Origin: an uncultured Gemmatimonadales bacterium
GTDB lineage: Bacteria > Gemmatimonadota > Gemmatimonadetes > Longimicrobiales > RSA9
Assembly (NCBI GenBank): GCA_963708135.1
Contig: OY970192.1
Location: 1,632,001 to 1,696,000 of the forward strand
Length of the DNA: 64,000 nucleotides
Reading direction: 5' to 3'
Below are positions 37,885 to 46,166 of this stretch, one piece after another. A model generated the notes under the pieces. The model was not told where the DNA came from. It did no database searches and saw nothing but the letters and a program-made list of their open reading frames with translations. The translations under genes and the position numbers were made by a program. Positions within the stretch are counted from its first letter, which is position 1, and each line of letters begins with the position of its first letter.

Positions 37885-39453
37885 TCAGCCCTCCCGCCGG
37901 CCCGCTCCGGGGCCGGGATCACGGTTCGCGTTCAGCCCGCTGGCGCGGGCGCCCGGGCGGAGCTCCAGGGCGCTTCCGCGGGTCCACGGCGGCTGCCGCG
38001 TGCGGGGGCGCGGATCCACGAGCAGAGTCTCGGGCTGGAGCAGCGGCAGCACCTCCGCCGCCACGTCCACGAGCCCCAGCGCCACCGTGCCGCGGAAGAA
38101 CCGGAGCGACGGGTGGTCGGAGACCAGGCGCGCGGAGAGGCTGCGCGGCGCGTAGGGCACGTCACCGACGCCGTCGCCATCCAGGTCGTAGCCGCGGTAG
38201 TCGTCGAAGTAGTTGCCGTCCCAGGTCACGCCGCGGGCGTTGCCCCGCCCTTCCACGGCGACCTGCGCATCGTTGTAGCGGAAGATGTTGTCGGTGAAGA
38301 CGTTCCGCGTCTCGCTGCTGTGGAACGTGACCGCCGCGCCATCCAGCGTGAACGTGTTGCGGCGTACCCACACGGAGTCGCCCGCGCGGAACGGGCTGGT
38401 GTCCAGGTAGAGGCCCTGGTTGTCCCCCGCGAAGAGGTTGTCCTCCACCCGGAGGTTGCCCGACTCCTTCACGCCGAGCCCCATGCCGTCGGAGACCGTG
38501 TTGTCCGCGAAGACGTTCCGGCGCAGCGTGAGGTCGTGCGAGTACATGACGAACACCCCCACAATGTTGCCGCGGTAGTCGTTGTCCTCCACCACGCAGT
38601 CGCTCGAGTACATGAAGTGGTTGGCGTAGCGGCTGCGGCGCACGTCGTTGCGCGCCAGCACGTTGTCCGGCGAGTACCAGACGACTATGTCGCGCGAGTC
38701 GCGCACCCGGTTGCCCTCGATCCGGGAGCCGCGCACCTCCCAGATGCGGATGCCATCGCCGCGGATGCCCACGGGCGTGGCCGGGTCGCCGGCGATGTCG
38801 TTGTCCGCGAACACGACGCCGTGGGACTGCTCGGCCACGAGCCCGAACAGCGCATGGCGCACGGCCAGCCCGCGGGCCTCGACGCTGTCGGCGTGGACGT
38901 AGACGGCCGCGTCCATCTTGTCGTAGCGCTGACCGCTGCCGTCCACCGTGAAGCCGCGCAGCACGGCGTGCGCAGACTCGACGACGATCGTCCGGCCCTG
39001 CCCGTCCGAGCGCACCACCGCGCTCCGGGGTCCGGCCAGCGTGAGCGCCGCGCGAATCGCGAGCGGCCCCGCGTAGGTGCCGGGGGCCAGGCAGAGCACG
39101 GCGCCGGCGCGGGCGGAATCCAGGAGCGGCTGGAGCGCCGTGCCGGCGGGTACGAGGCGGCCGTCCGCCGGGCAGGAGGAGGCCGCCGCGGCCCCGTCAT
39201 CGGCCGCAAGAGCGCCGCCGCGAGCCACGCCTGGCGGGACGCCGGACCGCGCGCCGGCCGGGCGGCCCGCGGGCGCCGGCAGAGCGCGGATGGGTGCGTC
39301 GCCTGATACGGGGCTCACCCCGCCCGGCGAGGCCGTGAGCGCCAGCCCGCCGGCGAGGAGGATCCCCGCGGCTCGGCCGGCGTGCCGGCCGGACCGGCGC
39401 GTGGCCCGGCCCGCACGTGGGCCGGATCGGCTGCTCGAGCTGGAGTGGATCAT
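37885..39453 (-). CDS. nosD: Nitrous oxide reductase maturation protein NosD
   Basis: Beta-helix repeats; RGDGIRIW, SRYANHFMYS, GNYFDDYRGYDLDGDGVGDVPY. Confidence 0.92.
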   Translation of the reverse strand: MIHSSSSSRSGPRAGRATRRSGRHAGRAAGILLAGGLALTASPGGVSPVSGDAPIRALPAPAGRPAGARSGVPPGVARGGALAADDGAAAASSCPADGRLVPAGTALQPLLDSARAGAVLCLAPGTYAGPLAIRAALTLAGPRSAVVRSDGQGRTIVVESAHAVLRGFTVDGSGQRYDKMDAAVYVHADSVEARGLAVRHALFGLVAEQSHGVVFADNDIAGDPATPVGIRGDGIRIWEVRGSRIEGNRVRDSRDIVVWYSPDNVLARNDVRRSRYANHFMYSSDCVVEDNDYRGNIVGVFVMYSHDLTLRRNVFADNTVSDGMGLGVKESGNLRVEDNLFAGDNQGLYLDTSPFRAGDSVWVRRNTFTLDGAAVTFHSSETRNVFTDNIFRYNDAQVAVEGRGNARGVTWDGNYFDDYRGYDLDGDGVGDVPYAPRSLSARLVSDHPSLRFFRGTVALGLVDVAAEVLPLLQPETLLVDPRPRTRQPPWTRGSALELRPGARASGLNANRDPGPGAGRREG

Positions 39454-39519
39454 CCGGTTCTTCTCCCGTGGTCGGGCGCCCGGGCCGGCCGCATCGCCGG
39501 CCCGGAACGCCGGGCGGTA

Positions 39520-41484
39520 CTACTTCCCCGCCGGCTTGACCATGAAGTAGCCCATCATCTCGAGGTGCAGCGCCGAGCAGAACTCGGTGCAGTAGTAGGG
39601 GAACACGCCGGGCTTGTCGGCCACGATGGTGGCGTCGGCGGTCTTCCCGGGCTCGAGGCTGAGGTTGACGTCGTAGCGGTCGATGCCGAACCCGTGGGTG
39701 GCGTCCGGCGTCTGCTCGAGGTTGGTGAGATGGAAGTGCACCGTGTCGCCCTGCTCCACGGTGACGGCGTCGGGCTTGATGTGGCTGCGCACCTCCGTGA
39801 CGACCACGTCCACGCGCTTGCCATGCCGCTCGATGCGCGCATCGGTCTCGGCCTTCGCGGCCCACGGATCGATCTGGTGGCTGACCGCGTTCTCGCCGGG
39901 CGAGTAGAGCTGCGTCGGCTTCAGCTTGTCCGCGCTGATGATCTGCGCGTAGTGCGGCTCGCCGAGCCCGATCGGCAGGTCGTAGAGCAGCTGCATCGGA
40001 GACGTCGTCGCATCGATCAGCTGCATGTTCTGCGGCAGCAGCGGCCCCACGTTGTTGAAGCGGTCGATCGACCACTTGTCGAGCGCGATCACGTAGTGCC
40101 CCTTCGGGTGCTCCGTGTCACCCTCGGGCGTAGCCAGGTGGCCGATGTTGTAGTGCACCGGGATCTTCTCGATCACCTTCATGTCGGCAAGCGACCACTT
40201 GGCGATCTTCGACTCGATGAACAGCGAGGTGTAGCCGTTGCCCTGGTCGTCCCACTGCGTGTGCAGCGGCCCGAGGCCGAGCTCGACCTGCCCGTGCAGC
40301 GCCGTCCGGAAGCCGATGATCGGCACGCCGTACGGGTCCTTGCCCTCGAAGTTCTTCGCGTCGATCGCCTGCTTGATCTTCGCCCAGTCGTAGACGGTCT
40401 CGTGCGTGTCCAGCTTGCCGGAGACCGCCAGGTACTTGCCGTCCGGCGTCACATCCACGCCGTGCGGGCTCTTCGGCTCCGGCACGAAGTAGAGCAGCCC
40501 CTCCGCCTCGGAGACGTCCAGCGGGATCACCTTCACGCCCTGGATGGTCTTCGTCTTCCCCGACTGCGCGGCCACCGCTGCCGCCTTCCGCCAGTCGATC
40601 ACGTGCAGGTAGTCCATGTCGTTCTGCGACGCGCCCGACTCGAGCGGCGGCTTGCCGTCCATGTCGCCGCCCGTGGCCCGCTCCGTGTCGAACGAGTTGA
40701 TGAACGCCCAGCCGTCGCTGGCCAGCTTGCCCGCGTCCGAGAGGTCCTGCATGTAGGGCGGCAGCTCCATGGCGAACGACTTCGTGGGGTCGATCTTCCC
40801 CGCCGCGCGGTCGAACTTCCAGAACATCACCGCGCCCCGGTACCTGTCGTTGTAGTCGCCGAGCGGCGCGTAGCTGCCGTCCAGCGGCACGGGGTACTGC
40901 CCGCCCTCGATGACGTAGTCCGTATTGGGCGTGACGAACGAGCCGCCGTGGTCCGTGCCCAGCAGCGGCGAGTGCACGATCTGCTGCGTCACGAAGTCCT
41001 TCAGGTTGATCACCGCGATGCGCGCGTTCGCCTTGTCGTTGATGAACAGGAATTGCCCGTCGTAGTCGCCGTTCGTTTCGCTCAGCGCCGGGTGATGGCT
41101 GTCCCCCCACCCGAGCGGATGCCCCTTCGGGGAGCTCGACGCCAGCAGCGCCTTCGACTGGTCGTCGAAGCCATAGCCCTGCCACGGCTCCGGCGTGAAG
41201 ACCGCGATGTACTTGAGGATCCGCATGCTCGGGATCCCGATCACCAGCACCTGCCCGCTGTGCCCGCCCGACGCGAACATGACGAACGGGTCCGGACGCC
41301 CGGTCGGCGTGTACGTCTTGAGCGCCGCCGTCACGTCCGCCTCCGTCAGGTTGCGCGCCTTCATCAGCGCCTGCACCGACGCTCCGCCCGAGCCCGACTT
41401 CCCGCCACCGCACCCCGCCAGCAGCACCGCGCCGACCACCGCCCCCAGCGCCGCGAGCCCGACGCGCATCCGTGAAGCCCCCAT
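39520..41484 (-). CDS. nosZ: Sec-dependent (clade II) nitrous-oxide reductase with lipoprotein signal
   Basis: SGGHSGQ, WGDSHHP, NDKANARIA, KSPHG, GPLHT, HYNIGH, GEPHY (CuZ His); CuA site THGF...CTEFCSALHLEM; LLAGC lipobox, no twin-Arg. Confidence 0.97.
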   Translation of the reverse strand: MGASRMRVGLAALGAVVGAVLLAGCGGGKSGSGGASVQALMKARNLTEADVTAALKTYTPTGRPDPFVMFASGGHSGQVLVIGIPSMRILKYIAVFTPEPWQGYGFDDQSKALLASSSPKGHPLGWGDSHHPALSETNGDYDGQFLFINDKANARIAVINLKDFVTQQIVHSPLLGTDHGGSFVTPNTDYVIEGGQYPVPLDGSYAPLGDYNDRYRGAVMFWKFDRAAGKIDPTKSFAMELPPYMQDLSDAGKLASDGWAFINSFDTERATGGDMDGKPPLESGASQNDMDYLHVIDWRKAAAVAAQSGKTKTIQGVKVIPLDVSEAEGLLYFVPEPKSPHGVDVTPDGKYLAVSGKLDTHETVYDWAKIKQAIDAKNFEGKDPYGVPIIGFRTALHGQVELGLGPLHTQWDDQGNGYTSLFIESKIAKWSLADMKVIEKIPVHYNIGHLATPEGDTEHPKGHYVIALDKWSIDRFNNVGPLLPQNMQLIDATTSPMQLLYDLPIGLGEPHYAQIISADKLKPTQLYSPGENAVSHQIDPWAAKAETDARIERHGKRVDVVVTEVRSHIKPDAVTVEQGDTVHFHLTNLEQTPDATHGFGIDRYDVNLSLEPGKTADATIVADKPGVFPYYCTEFCSALHLEMMGYFMVKPAGK

Positions 41485-41558
41485 CAGCTCCCTCCTTGTC
41501 TCATTCGACCATGTGCCTACCGGCACCCACCGCCCCCTGCGGCGGCCGGACGCCCGCC

Positions 41559-42002
41559 TCACGGCTGCTTCCCGAAATTCCGCACGATCTCCCGCAGCGC
41601 CGCCACCACCGCCGGCTTGCTGGCCAGGTCCGGATTGCCCACCATCATCGCGCTCCGGCCGACCGCGGACCCACCATAGACGATCGCCGTCTCGATCTCC
41701 TTGTCCGTCACGCTGTCCTGCCACGCCTTGTCGTGGTAGTTGCGCGGCGGCGGCACCAGCGACGCCGCCCCCGGCCCGTCGCCGTGGCCGGTCGGGCCGT
41801 GACACGCCGCGCACCGCGTCGAGAAGATCTGCTGCGCCTCCTGCCGCGCCGCCGGCGTGATCTCGGCCGTCTGCGCCTCCGCCGAAGGCGACGCGGCCGC
41901 CTCCGACCCGCTCGACGCCTGCTGATTCCCGCCACCGCACGCCGCCAGCGCCGCCGTCCCCAGCATCGCCAGCAACCAGGTCATCCCTCGTCCCGCGTTC
42001 AT
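41559..42002 (-). CDS. Monoheme cytochrome c lipoprotein (nos-associated)
   Basis: LAAC lipobox, CAACH heme motif, distal AMM; first gene of the nos operon. Confidence 0.9.
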   Translation of the reverse strand: MNAGRGMTWLLAMLGTAALAACGGGNQQASSGSEAAASPSAEAQTAEITPAARQEAQQIFSTRCAACHGPTGHGDGPGAASLVPPPRNYHDKAWQDSVTDKEIETAIVYGGSAVGRSAMMVGNPDLASKPAVVAALREIVRNFGKQP

Positions 42003-42257
42003 GGTCTCTCCCGCGTCTCGTTACATGTCCGCCGCGGCGCTCGGCCGCAGATTCGCCCGTCGTGCCCGCCCCGCCCCAGCTTTCGCGCCCCCTCCCGTCG
42101 TGTGACCCAAAGCTACGGGGTCCCTCGCGGCCGGAAATCGGAATTCCTCATGATTCTATGCGGTATATTCCCCTACGCTGCTCCTACGGCCGTGGGGCTC
42201 AGCCCTACACGGGGCGGCCGCGCGCACCGAATATCCGGGCGCCGGAGTGGATCGCGC

Positions 42258-42273
42258 TGTGACGGATGTCACT
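42258..42273. promoter_or_regulatory. Crp/Fnr-family binding site in the nos / cupin divergent region
   Basis: TGTGA-CGGATG-TCACT; minus-strand GATATT (42235-42230) lies at class II activator spacing. Confidence 0.7.
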
Positions 42274-42494
42274 TGTGGGGCCGGGCGCCGGCGGCCGGGC
42301 ACGCCGCCTCTCGTGGTGGGCTCCCGGTCACCGGGTTCTCCCTACACGAGTTCCCGGGTTTGCCCCACAGACCGTGGGCGCGCAGGGCTTAGGTTGGGAA
42401 AGACGATATGCGTATGCGAAACTCGACTTCCACGTGCGTGCGCGCGCCGCGGGTTCGTTGGACGCCGGCCGGGCGCGCGGAAAGGAGATCGACC

Positions 42495-42875
42495 ATGGCC
42501 AGCATCGACCGACCGCTGGGCGGGGATGCCCTGGTGTTTCACCTGGAGGCCGAGCAGAAGGCCGCGGAGAGTCCCGAGATCCTGGCCCGGAGCGGGCGGA
42601 CGGCGCGCACGCTGGTGAAGGACCAGTCGCTGCGGGTATCCGTCCACCTGCTCGCCGCCGGGGGCGCGATCGCGGAGCACCATGCGGAGGGACCGATCAC
42701 GGTTCAGGTGCTCCGCGGCGGCATGACCTTCCGGGCGGCGGGAAGCGAATACCAGCTGCGAGCGGGCGATCTGCTGGCGCTCGATGCGGGGGTCACGCAC
42801 TCGGTGTCGTCGGAGGAGGGGTCGGCGTTCCTGCTGACGCTCTCGCTTCCCGCGGCGGCACAGGCGCCAGCCTGA
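42495..42875 (+). CDS. Cupin domain protein
   Basis: RBS AAGGAG; ARTLVK..SLRV, IAEHHAEGPITVQVLRG, GVTHSV. Confidence 0.85.
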   Translation: MASIDRPLGGDALVFHLEAEQKAAESPEILARSGRTARTLVKDQSLRVSVHLLAAGGAIAEHHAEGPITVQVLRGGMTFRAAGSEYQLRAGDLLALDAGVTHSVSSEEGSAFLLTLSLPAAAQAPA

Positions 42876-42888
42876 GGGAGGAGACGGC

Positions 42889-43344
42889 GTGTACACGCTG
42901 GTTCGACGCTTCATCAAGACGGGGATCGGGTTTCTGTTCGCGGGGATCGCGCTCGGCATCTGGATGCTGGTGCGGCGCGAGCTCTGGGGCATCTGGCCGA
43001 ACGCGTACCTGGTGTCGGCGCACGCGCACGCGGTCTTCGTGGGGTTCGTGATGTTCCTGATCCTGGGAGTGGCGCTGTGGCTGTTCCCGCGGGCGGAGAA
43101 GGGGGACGCGCGCTACCGGCCTGGGCGGATCGAGGCGAGCTACTGGCTGCTGGCGGCATCGACGCTGGCTCGCTTCCTGGCGGAGGCGGCGCGCTCCGCG
43201 AGCGGCGCGCGCTGGCTCGCGTGGACGGTCGTGGCGGGCGGCATCGGGCAGGCGGTGGGGCTGGGCCTCTACTTCTGGACCATGTGGCCACGCATCCGGC
43301 CGGTCGGGAGCCACCTGCGCGAGGCGAAGGGAGAGAGGTTCTAA
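42889..43344 (+). CDS. Small 4-TM membrane protein with HxH motif (paralog of 1442-1891)
   Basis: MYTLVRRFIKT...VSAHAHAVFVGFVMFLILGVALWLFPR. Confidence 0.78.
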   Translation: MYTLVRRFIKTGIGFLFAGIALGIWMLVRRELWGIWPNAYLVSAHAHAVFVGFVMFLILGVALWLFPRAEKGDARYRPGRIEASYWLLAASTLARFLAEAARSASGARWLAWTVVAGGIGQAVGLGLYFWTMWPRIRPVGSHLREAKGERF

Positions 43345-44066
43345 TGGACCGAATGCGGAGTACGGTGAGCACGGACCCGGCGGAGCGGGTGCTGCGCGGG
43401 CTGTCCCTGTTCCGCTCGCTGGACGCGGAGGCGCTGGGGGAGGTGGCGGCGCGGACGATCCAGCGCGGGGTCGCGCGCGGCGCCACGTTGTTCCGGGAGG
43501 GGCAGCCGTGCCAGGGGCTGTACGTGGTGGTCGAGGGCAGCATCAAGGTGTACCGCGCATCGGCCGACGGCCGCGAGCAGGTGCTGCACGTGATGGGGCC
43601 CGGGCAGCCGATCGCGGAGGTGCCACTGTTCGACGGAGGCCCCTACCCTGCCTCGGCGCAGGCGCTCGAGCCGTCGCAGGTGCTCTTCCTCGGCTTGGAC
43701 TCCTTCCGCTGGCTCTACGCGCACAACCCGGCGGTGGCGGACACGGTGATCCGCGAGCTGGGGCGGCGGCTGCGGCGGATGGTCCGGCTGGTGGAGCGGA
43801 TCTCGCTGCGCGACGTCCCGGCACGCGTGGCCGCCGCGCTTCTCGACTATGCGGAGGGGGCGGACGCGCGGCGGGCGGGCGGCACGTTCTCGCTGCCGCG
43901 GACGCAGGAGGCGCTGGCGGGCGAGCTGGCCACCACCCGGGAGAGCATCGCCCGTGCGCTGGGCACGCTGCGGCGCGAGGGGATCATCCTGCAGGAGGGG
44001 AAGCGCGTCGTGATCCGCGACCTCGGCCGGCTGGCGGCACGCGCGCGCGGCGAATCGGCGACCTGA
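43344..44066 (+). CDS. Crp/Fnr family transcriptional regulator (Dnr/HcpR-like, no Fnr Cys cluster)
   Basis: LFREGQP..GLYVVVEGSIKVY, GREQVL, AEVPLFDGGPYPASAQA; HTH TQEALA..LATTRESIARAL. Confidence 0.93.
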   Translation: MDRMRSTVSTDPAERVLRGLSLFRSLDAEALGEVAARTIQRGVARGATLFREGQPCQGLYVVVEGSIKVYRASADGREQVLHVMGPGQPIAEVPLFDGGPYPASAQALEPSQVLFLGLDSFRWLYAHNPAVADTVIRELGRRLRRMVRLVERISLRDVPARVAAALLDYAEGADARRAGGTFSLPRTQEALAGELATTRESIARALGTLRREGIILQEGKRVVIRDLGRLAARARGESAT

Positions 44067-44133
44067 CGCGGCGCCCCTTCGTCGCCCGTCGGGCACGGGC
44101 ACGTTGGCGTGAGGGGTCGCCGCCCCGCTTCGG

Positions 44134-45969
44134 TCAAGCGGCGCCGTGGCCGGCGAGGAGGCGACGGAACCATCCCTGCTCGCGGACGCCCTCCCGGCGC
44201 ACCCGGTCGAGCGCGGCGGCGATCGCCTCCTGTGCGTCGAGCCAGCCGACCGGGCGGCCGGGCTCTTCGCGGCGGACCACCGGCACCTGCTCTATCTGGA
44301 GGTCGGCCATGCGGACCATCGCGTCCCAGAGCCGCTCGTCCGGGTGCGCCACCGACAGCCCGCGTGTGCCGGCATCCAGCACGGTTGCCTGCCATTGCCC
44401 ACCGGCCACGGCGCGGACCAGATCACCGTACGTGATGATGCCCGCGAGCATTCCATCGGGGCCGAGGATGGGGAACGCATCACGGGCGGTTGAGGGCTCG
44501 GCCGGCGGGTTCGTAGCGTCCCTGCGGGGCGGGATCCGCTCCAGCAGCGCGGCGACCGTCATTGCCGCCTCGACGCCGGGCGGCGGCTCGCGCATGACCT
44601 CCTCGACCTTGAAGCGCTTGAGCAGATCCACCTCGAACTCCTGGTGCACGTCGACGCCGCGTTCGGCCAGCTCCGTCGTCATCAGGTCGGACGTCATCGT
44701 CTTCTTCACGAACAGGTCGGCCACGGCCGCGACCAGGAACACCGGCAGGATCGCGCCGAACTGACCGGTCACTTCCAGCGCGAAGAGCGTGAAGCCCAGG
44801 GTGGCATTGCACAGGACGCCGAACAGCACGCCCATGCTGGCGAGCGCGAAGAGCGGGACCGGCAGGTGGAGGCCGGGGATCAGGGCGTTCGTGGCGTGCG
44901 CGAAGACGTTGCCGATCGCGGCGCCGGCCACGAAGGCCGGTGCCAGGAACCCGCCCGACGTCTTGGAGCCGAGGGTGATGGTGACCCCCACGAGCTTGAA
45001 GACCATCACCGTGAGCACCAGTCCGGCGGCGAGCTGGTTGTTGAGGATCTCGCGGATGACGCTGTAGCCCACACCGAACGCCCGCGGCACCATCAGGCCC
45101 ATGAAACCGAAAGCCAGGCCGCCGAGCGCCGGCAGCACCACGTCGCTTACCGGAATGCGGTGGATGAGCCGCTCGGCCGCGAAGTAGCCTCCCTTGAACA
45201 CGGCGGCGGTCGCGCCCACGAGCACCCCGAGGAGCACCAGAAACGGCAGGGCCCGGAACACGTCGGGTGACGTGATGGCGGGCATCGTGAACATCGGCCC
45301 GGTGCCGATGAGCAGATGACGCGCCCAGGTGGCCACGATGGATGCGACCGTGATGGGGATGAACGACCGGGCACGGAACTCGAACACGAGCAGCTCGATC
45401 GCCACCAGGATGGCCGCCAGGGGCGTGTTGAAGGTCGCGGCCATCCCGGCTGCCGCCCCGGCCGCGAGCATGACCTTTCGCTCCTCGGCGCTCGCGGTGA
45501 CCCACTGCCCGACCACCGAGCCCATGGCGCCGCCGCCCTGGATGATGGGTCCCTCGACTCCGAAGGGGGCGCCCGTCCCGATCGCGAGGGCGGCGGAGAA
45601 CGGCTTCAGGAAGTAGATCCGGGGCCGGACACGACTGAAGTTGGTCCAGACCGCCTCCATCGCCTCGGGAATCCCGTGGCCGATGATCCGGCGGGAGCCG
45701 TAGCGCGCGAGGATCCCGCACGCGAGCCCGCCCAGCGCCGGCACGAACACGATCCACCAGGGGAGGCCCGCGTGGGGCGGCTCCACGAACGCCACGGACA
45801 GGCGCTGATAGAAGAAGAAGTTGTAGAGGAACCCGATGAGGTGGTACACGAGGAAGGCCGTGACCGCGGCGATCACGCCGATCGCGCCGGCCAGAATCGC
45901 GACCCAGGTCAGCCGGAACGGATCGACCTCCGTTCCCGAGGCCGCCGACCCACCGAGTGAAGCCGTCAT
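44134..45969 (-). CDS. ClC family chloride channel/transporter with CBS domains
   Basis: GHGIPE, GVEGP, GAAAGMAATFNTPLA, GGFLAP; C-terminal CBS pair. Confidence 0.9.
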   Translation of the reverse strand: MTASLGGSAASGTEVDPFRLTWVAILAGAIGVIAAVTAFLVYHLIGFLYNFFFYQRLSVAFVEPPHAGLPWWIVFVPALGGLACGILARYGSRRIIGHGIPEAMEAVWTNFSRVRPRIYFLKPFSAALAIGTGAPFGVEGPIIQGGGAMGSVVGQWVTASAEERKVMLAAGAAAGMAATFNTPLAAILVAIELLVFEFRARSFIPITVASIVATWARHLLIGTGPMFTMPAITSPDVFRALPFLVLLGVLVGATAAVFKGGYFAAERLIHRIPVSDVVLPALGGLAFGFMGLMVPRAFGVGYSVIREILNNQLAAGLVLTVMVFKLVGVTITLGSKTSGGFLAPAFVAGAAIGNVFAHATNALIPGLHLPVPLFALASMGVLFGVLCNATLGFTLFALEVTGQFGAILPVFLVAAVADLFVKKTMTSDLMTTELAERGVDVHQEFEVDLLKRFKVEEVMREPPPGVEAAMTVAALLERIPPRRDATNPPAEPSTARDAFPILGPDGMLAGIITYGDLVRAVAGGQWQATVLDAGTRGLSVAHPDERLWDAMVRMADLQIEQVPVVRREEPGRPVGWLDAQEAIAAALDRVRREGVREQGWFRRLLAGHGAA

Positions 45970-46166
45970 TCGATTTCTCCAGGCGCGCCGGGCCCCCGCC
46001 GCGGCATCGGGGCGGCTCCTGCGCGCTCGATGCACGGATGAACCCCTCGCGCCCGCGGCCGAGGCCCGGCGGAGAGGTGGCATGTCTGCAATGAACGGGC
46101 TGTAGAGTGAGCCGCCGCCGGCAGGCGGTCAAGAGAGCACTGGCACAGCCACGCGCGCGTCCCGGC

